Shown: positions 54,511 to 63,304 of the stretch, one piece after another
How positions within the stretch are numbered: the first letter of the stretch is position 1
How the letters are laid out: every line of letters starts with the position of its first letter
IMG/VR virus record: IMGVR_UViG_3300042934_000801
Coordinates: 1 to 63,304 of that record
Direction: 5' to 3' (one strand)
Length of the DNA: 63,304 nucleotides
From: a virus
Taxonomy: Duplodnaviria; Caudoviricetes
Position numbers and translations under genes: made by a program
The notes under the pieces: model-generated
What the model was told of the DNA's origin: nothing
Databases searched by the model: none
The model's input: the letters and a program-made list of their open reading frames with translations, nothing else

Positions 54511-54945
54511 ATGCGCGAGATCGAAACCGTGGACGATGCCGTGGCGGTCCTGCGCCGCCACGGCATCACCACCGGCACCCAATACGACGCACTCCGGAAA
54601 GCCGCCGCGTCGCCGCCCGCACCGGTGAAGATCGATTACACCCGCGAAGAACTCATCGCGATCTGCGCTGACGCAGTCGTTCCGCACGACCGTTGGTGCA
54701 ACCGCGACTCGGCAAGTGCCCAGTACAAGGTAGGTCTCGGCTGGGTCTTGCTCAGTGCCGGATGTGACTTCCAGATCCTCCAGAACCCCGGTGGATGTAA
54801 CACCGACGCCGAAACGATCTGGCTCGAGATCTACTACCGCGGCTTCAACGATTTCGAAGACGGCGAAGGTCCGACATACGACGAGACCGTTTACCTACCG
54901 ACCCGTAAACGATTGCAGGACAACGTCGGAGGGGACTGGTACTGA
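54511..54945 (+). CDS. Hypothetical protein
   Basis: W.NRDSASAQ, YLPTRKRL....GGDWY. Confidence 0.65.
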   Translation: MREIETVDDAVAVLRRHGITTGTQYDALRKAAASPPAPVKIDYTREELIAICADAVVPHDRWCNRDSASAQYKVGLGWVLLSAGCDFQILQNPGGCNTDAETIWLEIYYRGFNDFEDGEGPTYDETVYLPTRKRLQDNVGGDWY

Positions 54946-55295
54946 TGGCTGCCCTGAAACCCGTACCCGGGCAGATCCTGCTCACCCGCCCGGAGGCCGA
55001 CGTGCTCCGAGATGCAGTGCGCAATGAAATCGGGGGGACGACGTCGGACGTCTACAAGACGGCTCGCTTGGTCGTCGAGGCGACGATGGCCCGGCTGAAC
55101 CAGCAGCGGTGCGGCGACCCGGCCGGCGTCATCCGCCGCTCCGAAAACGGCTCAATCGCCGTGCGCGAGCAGAACGAGGACGGCGCGCTGCACTGGAACG
55201 TCACCTACCTTGACGACGCTGACACCACGCCCACAGCATCCGATATCCGGGCGTGGGAGCGCATCCCGCCTGAACCCGAGAACGCGGGCGGGTGA
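54945..55295 (+). CDS. Hypothetical protein
   Basis: TGATG coupling. Confidence 0.6.
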   Translation: MAALKPVPGQILLTRPEADVLRDAVRNEIGGTTSDVYKTARLVVEATMARLNQQRCGDPAGVIRRSENGSIAVREQNEDGALHWNVTYLDDADTTPTASDIRAWERIPPEPENAGG

Positions 55296-55510
55296 TGTCC
55301 AAGGAGTCCATCTCGCGCGACCGGTGGAGGCAGCTCGGACAAGCCAACTACGGCGACTGGTGCAAGGGCTGCGGACTGCACCACGCCGCCACGGGTGTCC
55401 ACCGTGCCGACTGCACCCTCACCCAGCCACCCTGCCCGATCTGCTTGTACTACCCGGCCGTCAACGGCGGTCAGCACCGCGATGACTGCGCACAAAGGAG
55501 AGCTGCATGA
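55292..55510 (+). CDS. Small Cys/His-rich protein with duplicated C..C...H R.DC motif
   Basis: CKGC...HRADC and CPIC...HRDDC. Confidence 0.6.
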   Translation: MMSKESISRDRWRQLGQANYGDWCKGCGLHHAATGVHRADCTLTQPPCPICLYYPAVNGGQHRDDCAQRRAA

Positions 55511-56091
55511 CCGACGCCACGGACATCGTGTTCCTGGACACCGAGACTCTCGGCCTGGACCCTGTCGCACCGATCTGGGAGTTCGCCGCGGTGCGCCGCT
55601 TCGCCACTGGGGGAGAGGACAAGACCGAGTTCCAAATCCGCCACGACGCCACCGACTGGCTGGACGCCATGCCCGACCAGTTCCTCTACGACTACGACGA
55701 ACGCTACAAACCACACGATGCCGCAACGGAATCCGATGCCGCGGTGATGATGCACATCCTGACCAAGGACGCGCTCGTCGTCGCCTGCAACCCGATTTTC
55801 GACCTGCCCCGCATCGAGAAGCTCATCCGCCGGCACGGCATGGAACCGAGCTGGCATTACCACCCGTTCGACATCTCCAGCGTCGCATTCGGGGCCTGGA
55901 TGGTCGGCCGTCGATTCGCCAGCTCGCAGATCGGTACCGCCGAGATTCCGTTGTCTGGCCCGCCGTGGAAGTCCGACCTGCTGGCTGCCGCGGTGGGTGT
56001 GCGATCCGCGGACTTCGCCCGCCACACCGCCATGGGAGACGTCCTCTGGACCATCGCGCAGTGGGACGCAGTGATGGGCGGCGCAAGGTAA
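55507..56091 (+). CDS. DEDDh 3'-5' exonuclease (DnaQ-like)
   Basis: FLDTETLGL, NPIFD, HTAMGD. Confidence 0.85.
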   Translation: MTDATDIVFLDTETLGLDPVAPIWEFAAVRRFATGGEDKTEFQIRHDATDWLDAMPDQFLYDYDERYKPHDAATESDAAVMMHILTKDALVVACNPIFDLPRIEKLIRRHGMEPSWHYHPFDISSVAFGAWMVGRRFASSQIGTAEIPLSGPPWKSDLLAAAVGVRSADFARHTAMGDVLWTIAQWDAVMGGAR

Positions 56092-56919
56092 ATGCCTTGG
56101 TTCTACGTCGATGACGCCTTCGCTGACAGCAAGCCAGTGATGCAACTGGACCGTGCGCTGCGCAACGAAGCGATCGGCCTGTGGACCCGCTGTGGGGCAT
56201 GGTCGGCCAAGGAGGAGACCGACGGCCGGGTGCCCTTGGACGTCGTCCGAGGCTTCGGTGGCACGCCTCGCGTCATCCGTGCCCTGCATGACCAGGCCGG
56301 ACTTTGGGTCGAAAGTTCGCCGGATTCCTGGCGGAATTCTCGCGAGATTTTGTTCGGAAACTGGGAGAAATGGCAGAAAACTAGGGCCGAAAATGAGGCC
56401 AAGCGCAAAGCCGACGCGGCCAGACAGTCGAACTACCGCAAGGGCAAAAAGGGTCGCGGATACGTTGCCAGTGACACTGCTACCAGCGATGATCCGGAAA
56501 CGTCACGCCGTGACACCACCCGTGACAGCGTCCACGGCGCCAAGGATTCCAGCAAAGACGTGTCACGCCGTGAGTCACAACGCCCCGACCCAGACCCGAC
56601 CCGACCCGACCCTCTTCCAGTAGTTACTTCAGGGGGAGGGGTCACCTCAGTAGACGCGAACCGAACCCCCCGCCCCCACTGCCCCCAGCACACCGAAAAC
56701 AGCGACGAGCCCTGCCCAAAATGCGCGGCACGACGCAAGTGGGACGACGCGCACCCCGAGTGGATCCTGCAGGACCAGCTGGAGCAGAAGCGCCAGCTGA
56801 AGTTGCTCCGCGAGAGCTGCCCACGCTGCAACGGCACGAACACCTACACCGACAACGACGGCCAGGTTCGTCCGTGCCGCCCGCACCTGCCCGCCCAGCA
56901 GGAGGCCGGCCATGCCTGA
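56092..56919 (+). CDS. Putative replication initiator
   Basis: MPWF.VDD.F, AIGLW, TDG.VP, low-complexity linker with repeats, PDPTRPDP, C..H..C..C. Confidence 0.7.
   Translation: MPWFYVDDAFADSKPVMQLDRALRNEAIGLWTRCGAWSAKEETDGRVPLDVVRGFGGTPRVIRALHDQAGLWVESSPDSWRNSREILFGNWEKWQKTRAENEAKRKADAARQSNYRKGKKGRGYVASDTATSDDPETSRRDTTRDSVHGAKDSSKDVSRRESQRPDPDPTRPDPLPVVTSGGGVTSVDANRTPRPHCPQHTENSDEPCPKCAARRKWDDAHPEWILQDQLEQKRQLKLLRESCPRCNGTNTYTDNDGQVRPCRPHLPAQQEAGHA
56471..56578. repeat. Iteron-like GTCAC/GTGAC repeats (candidate origin)
   Basis: GTCACGCCGTGA at 56502 and 56562, extra GTGAC at 56471 and 56522, inside the initiator gene. Confidence 0.55.
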
Positions 56920-57190
56920 CCGCTACCTCGACGAAAACGGCTTCGTCATCGACCTCGACGCTCCGGCCCAACCCGTTCTGACCGCCGAGGACCGTCGCCT
57001 GGCCGCCATCGCCGCCTGCCAGCTCTGCGACACCGACGGCTACCGCACCGGCGGCACCGTCTGCGACCACATCGACCACGCCGCCATCGCCGAACGACAC
57101 CGCGCCGCAGTCCAAGCAGAGCTTGACCGGATCGCCCGCCGCAAGGAAACACCCACCACCGACCCCGAACGGAGCCACACCGAGCCATGA
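56912..57190 (+). CDS. Hypothetical protein with Cys/His motif
   Basis: AIAACQLCD.DGYR....VCDH. Confidence 0.65.
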   Translation: MPDRYLDENGFVIDLDAPAQPVLTAEDRRLAAIAACQLCDTDGYRTGGTVCDHIDHAAIAERHRAAVQAELDRIARRKETPTTDPERSHTEP

Positions 57191-57432
57191 GCCACCCACA
57201 GCACCGCATCCGCGACTACGCCGAGACCACCAAAATCGAAGCCGCCGGCGCCGCCGCCCACTACAGCGACGCCGTCGACATGACCGGCATGGGCGCCGTC
57301 GCCGGCATCCAGACCGGCAACTGGACCGGATACGCCGACGCCTTCGAACTGCTGCAGGACGCAGCCTGGAACGCGCTCGTCAGACGCCGGCACGCCGACA
57401 GCGCCGCCCGACTCTTCGGTAGCGCCCGATGA
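57187..57432 (+). CDS. Hypothetical protein
   Basis: ATGA overlaps. Confidence 0.55.
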   Translation: MSHPQHRIRDYAETTKIEAAGAAAHYSDAVDMTGMGAVAGIQTGNWTGYADAFELLQDAAWNALVRRRHADSAARLFGSAR

Positions 57433-57758
57433 GCGCGGCAGAGGTGCTGGCCCATCACCAGTCCGAATCGCTCGGATGCTGCCTGCCATGCGGGCATCAG
57501 TCGCACAGTCGCGCTGAACACGCCGTGCACCAGCTCGACGCGCTCAAGTCCGCCGGATACGGCGTGATCGAACTGCCGACCGTCGCGCACAAGGGGCCGC
57601 ACGACACCGACGCGATGTTCTTCCGTCAGGTGGCCGACCGTATGGCAGACCCGACCAAGTCGGTGAACTTCCTCAGTGGCACCAATGTGCGTGCCGCAGT
57701 CCGCCAGCTGCTGTACCGCGCTGCCGACGCCACCGAGCAGGTGGGCGATGAGTCATGA
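57429..57758 (+). CDS. Hypothetical protein
   Basis: AEVLAHH...C.CG...H..HQ..AL..AGY. Confidence 0.6.
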   Translation: MSAAEVLAHHQSESLGCCLPCGHQSHSRAEHAVHQLDALKSAGYGVIELPTVAHKGPHDTDAMFFRQVADRMADPTKSVNFLSGTNVRAAVRQLLYRAADATEQVGDES

Positions 57759-58036
57759 CCGTGCACACGTTCGCCTTGAACCCAGGCTCGGTCACCCAAG
57801 GCGTCTGCAGCTGCGGCAACTGGGACGGGCACACCGACAATCACCACTTCCACGCACGAACGAAGAACGGGCACAACGTGAAAGAGCCGGTCGATTACTT
57901 GGCCGAAGCGAAATCTGCTGTAGCGGTCGACAACAAACTCGCCACCACCTACGCGCTCATTGCCATCGCCGAAGCGATGCACGGTCTGCAACTCGCAACG
58001 GTTGCAGAGCTGCGGCGCCGATTTGAGTCGCGGTGA
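57755..58036 (+). CDS. Hypothetical protein
   Basis: CSCG.W, ALIAIAE; ATGA overlap. Confidence 0.6.
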   Translation: MTVHTFALNPGSVTQGVCSCGNWDGHTDNHHFHARTKNGHNVKEPVDYLAEAKSAVAVDNKLATTYALIAIAEAMHGLQLATVAELRRRFESR

Positions 58037-58041
58037 CCGTG

Positions 58042-59733
58042 TCACTTCGTTTCCGATTGCACTCGCGGCGGCCAGTCTGGCGGCTGCGGAAACACGGACT
58101 CTGGAATCAGCGCGATATCTTGGTCCCAGTCGAACGTCACGTGCAGACTACTCCAAATCCTTGGCTCCGTGAAAAAGGCAGTGCCGTTGAGAAATTCGGC
58201 TTGTCGAAACGACGTAAGGCCGTTGGAGAAGTAACCAGTACTGAAATCGGCCGTTCCTCGGAACAGTGCCTTGCGGAAATCTGTTCGACCGGTGAATTGC
58301 GCTTCTCTGAAGAAGACGTGACCATCGAAACTTGTTCCGGCAAAGGTTGTTTCCCCGCCAAAGCGAGCGTTCAGGAAGATTCCAACGCCTGTGAATTTCG
58401 CCTTGTCGAATACCGACTTGAAGTCGAACTGTGCTCTGCGAAAGTCGACAATCTTCTTGAAGCGAGTGCTGCTGAAGTCAGTGTGGCCGTTGAACAATGT
58501 GTCGGTGAAAAGCGCGCATCCGGCGAATCTGGCGTTTTCGAAAAGAGCTCCGCGCCCGAAAGTGGCACCAGAAAAGTCAATATCGCCAGCGAAGACGGCA
58601 TCCTCAAAATCGGCAGCTCCCAAAAACGCTGCCTTCCGAAAGCTCGCGTCCTCGAAATGGACTCCGCTAAAATTGAAATTGCATGTACTCCAGCTGTTTT
58701 CCGCAGACTCGCGAAGGTGAGCGGCAATAACGTTCACCACAGTTGTGCGAACTACGCGGTCGTTCTGCCGGACCTTGCGGTGGGTCGTTACCTCCTGGCT
58801 GGACTGCGCTTCGTCAGCGTCGAGGTGGCCTTGTTTTGTCACGACTTCAGTGACGTCACTGGCCCCGGTCTTTGGAGAGTAAGGCAGGCGAAGATACCCA
58901 CACAGGACATCAATGCACTGTTGGCGGCGTCCAGTCGTCGTCGCTTCATCTGCGGCCGTGGTCATTGCGTAGACTCCGGCGATACGGACCGCTGGATCAG
59001 CGTCGCCAAGCTGGGCTGCGGCGGCCCCAAATCTCTCGATGAATCTACCCTGCTCAACATCCCGTTGGCGTCGGTAGGCGACCACCAAGGCCACAGCAGC
59101 GCCAACACCTGCTACTGCGGTCAACGCTGTCTTAAGCACATCAATCCTGGTCGGAGGCGTGCCGCCCGCGGGATGAAGAGCGTGTTCGATGGTCGAGTAG
59201 CTGACCCACACGAGCAACAAGCCGACGCTCACAGCGGCCAATACCGTCGGCATCAGAGACCAGGAGTGGATGCGTCGGCCCAATGGTGCGAGCCCGAGCG
59301 TGGACCTAATAAAAAGCAGGCACACCCCGAAAGCGATCGTGCCTCCCGCAGCGGCAAGAGACAATCGGCCGACATTGCTGTCGACCGGGGTCATCCAGTC
59401 CCAAATCTCGCGCCCTGTTTCGACCATGTCGGTATTGCCCGAGACGAGAAACACGGCAAATCCGGCGAGAAGGCCAGGGATCAGCGCGACCAAGAAAATC
59501 CATCCCGGCAGCGTTGTAGGTGCTCGCAGAACCTTGACGTCCAGTCTTTCCGACCTACCTCTTTGCACTGCGACATTCAAGCAGTTCGGATGAGTCCACG
59601 TTTGGTTTGGCAGCAAGAGAAGGCGAGGAACGGTCGTGTTTGAGCGATCGACAATGGACGCCCGCCAGGACCGGCAGTCCCACCGCTGCATAGCGGGCGA
59701 CAGCTGCCGCGCCCGGCGCGACGAACTCGGCAC
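58042..59733 (-). CDS. Membrane-anchored pentapeptide-repeat protein (true start probably near 59568)
   Basis: Several TM helices, ALVVAYRRQ, ERF..AA.QLG...VRIAGVYAM, QQCIDVLCGYLR, then many A.F..A.F repeats. Confidence 0.88.
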   Translation of the reverse strand: MPSSSRRARQLSPAMQRWDCRSWRASIVDRSNTTVPRLLLLPNQTWTHPNCLNVAVQRGRSERLDVKVLRAPTTLPGWIFLVALIPGLLAGFAVFLVSGNTDMVETGREIWDWMTPVDSNVGRLSLAAAGGTIAFGVCLLFIRSTLGLAPLGRRIHSWSLMPTVLAAVSVGLLLVWVSYSTIEHALHPAGGTPPTRIDVLKTALTAVAGVGAAVALVVAYRRQRDVEQGRFIERFGAAAAQLGDADPAVRIAGVYAMTTAADEATTTGRRQQCIDVLCGYLRLPYSPKTGASDVTEVVTKQGHLDADEAQSSQEVTTHRKVRQNDRVVRTTVVNVIAAHLRESAENSWSTCNFNFSGVHFEDASFRKAAFLGAADFEDAVFAGDIDFSGATFGRGALFENARFAGCALFTDTLFNGHTDFSSTRFKKIVDFRRAQFDFKSVFDKAKFTGVGIFLNARFGGETTFAGTSFDGHVFFREAQFTGRTDFRKALFRGTADFSTGYFSNGLTSFRQAEFLNGTAFFTEPRIWSSLHVTFDWDQDIALIPESVFPQPPDWPPRVQSETK

Positions 59734-60808
59734 GCTTCAACCGGCCTTGACCGAGAAACCCCTCACGCTGTGCCAGGGCTGCCATGGGCATCATCGCGAA
59801 GCCATCCGCCGTCTACCCCGCGACTACACCATGCTCCAGATCACGCTGGGGGAGCGCAGTACCGGAACCAGTGAGCCCATCCGCTCAACGCCATCACCGG
59901 TAGTCCTGCTCAACACCACGAGCGACAGGCTCATGTCCGCCATCGCCGAATGGTCAGACCGCGCTGCCTGCGCGGTCGCAGCCATGATCAACACCCCAAT
60001 TCCAACCACCCGTCGCCAACCGCCCAAGCGCACCGAGAAACGCAACGGCAAGTCAATCCGGTCCGAACCAGCGCGAGGATCAGTCGCCGAAATCACCTGG
60101 GCAGCAACAGGTCCGACACCCGGCGCTGAACTAGGCATCGCGCTACGATTCGTCGAACAACACATCGACGATCTCGCCGCCGCCCCGGAATGGGATTACT
60201 ACGTCTGGGCCCAACCGCACCGCTGCACTGTGCACGAGAACCTCATCAACGTCGCCACCGAGCACGTCGCAGCAGCAGACGAGACCACCCTGATGGAGGC
60301 TCGCGCCGGGCTAGAACGAGCACGCCTGGCCGCGGCGCTTTGCGACGACTGCAACGGCTGGTCCGACCATGGCCAAGCACGCGAACTCGCCTACCTCAAC
60401 GGATTCGAGATCCTCGAACAGCTCACCCGACTGCACCACCTCACCCGGAAACACCTCGGCCACACCATACTCCGACACCACTCCACACTGCCCTGCGACG
60501 CCTGCGGAGCCGCCACCCTCGGCCGCGCCGACGGCACCTGGGTCATCGACTGCACCACCTGTGGCGCCAAATACACCGAGAACGAACTCGGCTTCCTCAT
60601 CCGCATGAAAATCGACGAGATCCACACCAAGGAGGAGAACGACATGCTCAGATGGCTGCTCGCCGAGGCACAATGGCGGCTGGATCAGATCCAGGCCAAG
60701 GTCGACGTACTCCGCGACGACGACACCATTCAACTCGCCGGCGCGGGACCGATCATCATCGAAGCCATCGACGACGTCCTTGGTGGATCCGGCCGCCCCA
60801 CGTCATGA
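59636..60808 (+). CDS. Hypothetical Cys-rich protein
   Basis: HRC....C...LC..C N-terminus and PC.AC....C..CG C-terminus. Confidence 0.7.
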   Translation: MFERSTMDARQDRQSHRCIAGDSCRARRDELGTLQPALTEKPLTLCQGCHGHHREAIRRLPRDYTMLQITLGERSTGTSEPIRSTPSPVVLLNTTSDRLMSAIAEWSDRAACAVAAMINTPIPTTRRQPPKRTEKRNGKSIRSEPARGSVAEITWAATGPTPGAELGIALRFVEQHIDDLAAAPEWDYYVWAQPHRCTVHENLINVATEHVAAADETTLMEARAGLERARLAAALCDDCNGWSDHGQARELAYLNGFEILEQLTRLHHLTRKHLGHTILRHHSTLPCDACGAATLGRADGTWVIDCTTCGAKYTENELGFLIRMKIDEIHTKEENDMLRWLLAEAQWRLDQIQAKVDVLRDDDTIQLAGAGPIIIEAIDDVLGGSGRPTS

Positions 60809-61194
60809 CTGCCGACATCCGCCCCTGGCCCTGGCCCGGAGACTCCCGAGAAGACCGGGCCAAGAGAGTTGCCCTGTCATACCGCGGTCTGGTCCAACGG
60901 ATCTGCGACGGACGCTGTGAGAATCCCACCGTCGCTCTCGAACGCATGGACCAACATTGGGGAGATCTCGGAATCCACTGGCCAGTCCCGTCAACCGTGC
61001 CACTCGATCCCGACGACTGGGTTCCCGCCCGCGACGCTGCGCACCTCGCCGACCGGGCACCGCGTGACATCTACGACTGGGCCCGCCGCGGCCACATCCG
61101 ACAACGACTCGAAGCCGACGGATCCGCCGTTTACTGCGTTCGAGACATCATCAGCTACATGCAGCAGCGGCGAACCATTCGCAGGACGTCCTAG
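60805..61194 (+). CDS. HTH DNA-binding protein
   Basis: WPWPGDSREDRAKRVALSYR, AAHLA......IYDWARRGHI. Confidence 0.75.
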   Translation: MTADIRPWPWPGDSREDRAKRVALSYRGLVQRICDGRCENPTVALERMDQHWGDLGIHWPVPSTVPLDPDDWVPARDAAHLADRAPRDIYDWARRGHIRQRLEADGSAVYCVRDIISYMQQRRTIRRTS

Positions 61195-61216
61195 ATTGCG
61201 AGGAGACTGTCTCGTG

Positions 61217-61861
61217 CTAGAGGATCCGTACTTCCGGTGGACGACCCGTTCGATTTTCGCTGTCGACGGTCACCACATTTCCCATGGTCCTCACCCGATG
61301 TCGCGACCCATCTGAGTTCCGGAGCGTTATGTCGTCCGCATCCAAACGCACACGATGGATGGGCCCGCTCTCATTTCTGATCGTGATGTACCTACCGATC
61401 GTTCCCGCAACGGAGCGCCGATCGCCAACGCCGAGCTTAGTAATCGTGATGCGGTTGACTTGACCGCCGGTAGTGGTCACAGTCGCGAACGCGGGTTCAG
61501 CGGATGCGAGCCGTTCACCAGCCTCGTCATGCTTGCCCCGCCTGTAGGATCCGCGCGTCTCCCAGCGGATGCCACCCGCTCTGACGACGATGCCGGCCGC
61601 GAACTTGAACGACTTCACGAACTTGGTCCCAGGAAAGCGATCATTGGCAGCGCAAAACGCGGCTAGGTCGTCCTCCCATTCCGGGCGGTGGTAATCGCGC
61701 ATCTCTGGCCGAAGCATCCGGAGCGCGACCTCCACCATGAATGCCGGCAAAGCGTCCGCACGGGCCCGAAGCTCGTCGCTAACGAGCTTGCCGGCGAAAG
61801 CGGTAAGTCCCCACACAATTACGGCGCCGACGATGGCCAGCGCGGCGAGAATTGCCGTCAT
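61217..61861 (-). CDS. Membrane protein coupled to PadR
   Basis: N-terminal TM, A.RML....R.....EW..DL motif; ATGA overlap with the PadR stop. Confidence 0.7.
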   Translation of the reverse strand: MTAILAALAIVGAVIVWGLTAFAGKLVSDELRARADALPAFMVEVALRMLRPEMRDYHRPEWEDDLAAFCAANDRFPGTKFVKSFKFAAGIVVRAGGIRWETRGSYRRGKHDEAGERLASAEPAFATVTTTGGQVNRITITKLGVGDRRSVAGTIGRYITIRNESGPIHRVRLDADDITLRNSDGSRHRVRTMGNVVTVDSENRTGRPPEVRIL

Positions 61862-62220
61862 GGCGCAACCCCCAGAACTTGTGTGATCCTGCGGGCCCAC
61901 GCAGGGGCAGGTCGCACGCGTGCAGGTGCTGGCGACAACTCGGTGCTGGCCTCTGCGAGGAGGCGCCGCGCAACCGGAACTGCACTGCCACGCAGCACGT
62001 ACGTGACTCGTGGGGGTCCGCCGGAGTCAGGATTCGCACCAGGATCGACCTTGCGCTGCAACCAATCGGCCTTCGTAAGCCTGGCTAGGATCTGGTAGGT
62101 CTTTGCCGAGCTGAAGCCCGTCTCCTGCATGAGCTTGTAGCCGTATTGGGTGTATTGCGGATCGTCGAGGAACGCTTTCAGGATCCGCAGTACTGCCATG
62201 GTGGGGCGGATGTCTTCCAT
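61858..62220 (-). CDS. PadR-family transcriptional regulator
   Basis: YGYKLMQETG.SS...Y.IL.RL...WL, PPRV.Y.L; TATCAT -10 seven nt before ATG. Confidence 0.85.
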   Translation of the reverse strand: MEDIRPTMAVLRILKAFLDDPQYTQYGYKLMQETGFSSAKTYQILARLTKADWLQRKVDPGANPDSGGPPRVTYVLRGSAVPVARRLLAEASTELSPAPARVRPAPAWARRITQVLGVAP

Positions 62221-62320
62221 GGCGTCGATGATACCAACTTTCTTACATAGTTGCCGCGGCCGCGCCGAACCCTGATGTGCTGGCGCGCCCGGGTACGCAT
62301 GCGTATGATCGACCCCAAGC

Positions 62321-62356
62321 ACCGCTGTGTCCCGATTCGGGAACGGCGGTTTTTTC
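62321..62356 (+). terminator. Terminator-like hairpin upstream of the GT operon
   Basis: ACCGCTGT.TCCCG/CGGGAACGGCGGT followed by a T-run. Confidence 0.55.
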
Positions 62357-62392
62357 ATGTGCCCTGTCGAGTGTTCCGAAAGCGGGGCAGCT

Positions 62393-63232
62393 ATGAATCC
62401 CACCATCATGTTCGTTTTCGCCGGCCGCAAGGCCAACATGGAACTCCAACTGCCCTACCTGCACCGCATCCTCGCCGAACACCCACACGCCGAACTGCAC
62501 ATCTGGGACCTGTCCCGCACGTTCGAAGACCACGTGTTCATCGGCCAGATCAAGGGCGAACGGATCACCGTGCACCGCCACCTCTACAACCACGGACGCA
62601 AGCCCTGGCAGCACTTCAACGACGTCTGGCGCCACTACGGCAACGACCGCAGCTACCGCGACCACCTGTTCGTCAAGATCGACGACGACGTCGTGTTCCT
62701 CGAAACCGAACAGTTCGCCGCCTACCTCGCCGCCATCGAGGCCAACAACGCCGCCATCGTCTCGGCCAAGGTCATCAACAACGGGGCGTGCACAGCCACC
62801 GAACCCGACCTCTGGTTCGGCCTCGAACAACTCGGCATCCCACTGCTCGACGTCCACAAGTCGAGCGAGTACGCAGACATGTGCCACCGCTGGTTCTTCG
62901 ACAACTGGCGCACCACACTCGGCGGCCCGCCAGCCCTGTCACCCACACAGGACTGGCTGTCCATCAACGTCATCGGATTCGACTGGCGCACCTGCTACGA
63001 CCTCGCCCGCCGCCTAGAACAGCCCTCACCCGAGCAGATCGCCGGCCGAACCTTCCGGGCCCGCAGCGTCATCGGCGACGAAGGCGCAGCCAACATGCTG
63101 CCCCGCGTCATCTACGAAGGGTTCGTCGCAGCGCACCTCACGTTCGGACCGCAGGAGACCGCAATGACCGACGGCCAGCTCACCGAGTACCGCAAGAACT
63201 ACGCCGACATCGCCCGGGAATACCTGCGATGA
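62393..63232 (+). CDS. Glycosyltransferase (GT-A fold)
   Basis: FAGRKANM, FVKIDDDVVFL, VSAKVINN, SINVI, GDEG, HLTFGPQ. Confidence 0.8.
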   Translation: MNPTIMFVFAGRKANMELQLPYLHRILAEHPHAELHIWDLSRTFEDHVFIGQIKGERITVHRHLYNHGRKPWQHFNDVWRHYGNDRSYRDHLFVKIDDDVVFLETEQFAAYLAAIEANNAAIVSAKVINNGACTATEPDLWFGLEQLGIPLLDVHKSSEYADMCHRWFFDNWRTTLGGPPALSPTQDWLSINVIGFDWRTCYDLARRLEQPSPEQIAGRTFRARSVIGDEGAANMLPRVIYEGFVAAHLTFGPQETAMTDGQLTEYRKNYADIAREYLR

Positions 63233-63304
63233 CCAGCGTCGCGGTCGTCATCCCCTTCCGCGACCGCGGCCGCGACCCCCTACGCGCCGCCAACCTGATT
63301 CACA
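63178..63304. repeat. 127-bp terminal direct repeat, identical to 1..127
   Basis: Exact match to the window start. Confidence 0.95.

Overview
Complete, circularly assembled genome (63,177 bp plus a 127-bp end overlap) of a temperate, high-GC siphovirus of Mycobacterium or a close actinobacterial relative, seen in its excised form with an intact attP (3' half of a tRNA-Ala). Gene order from the inferred packaging end near 2.4 kb: terminases, portal, MuF-type head protein fused to an EndoU toxin plus a candidate immunity gene, scaffold, capsid, neck and tail genes (with a -1 frameshift chaperone), tape measure, minor tail and fibre genes, lysis cassette, six tRNA genes in two convergent triplets, attP, a HerA-like ATPase coupled to a tyrosine integrase, a leftward lysogeny operon, the immunity switch, early genes (RecE/RecT, C5-methyltransferase, replication) and three glycosyltransferases plus HNH across the junction. 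Most notable accessory content: a divergent toxin-antitoxin-chaperone (HigB-like, HigA-like, SecB-like) module behind an oversized repressor; an antisense lipoprotein that appears to repeat the tail-fibre lectin-like domain; two 8/4-type tRNA-Ser genes; PafBC-type DNA-damage promoters, one in front of the ImmA protease; and paired GACAT-loop hairpins covering the RBS of two virion genes. All protein calls rest on motif recognition and synteny by eye; no database search was run.
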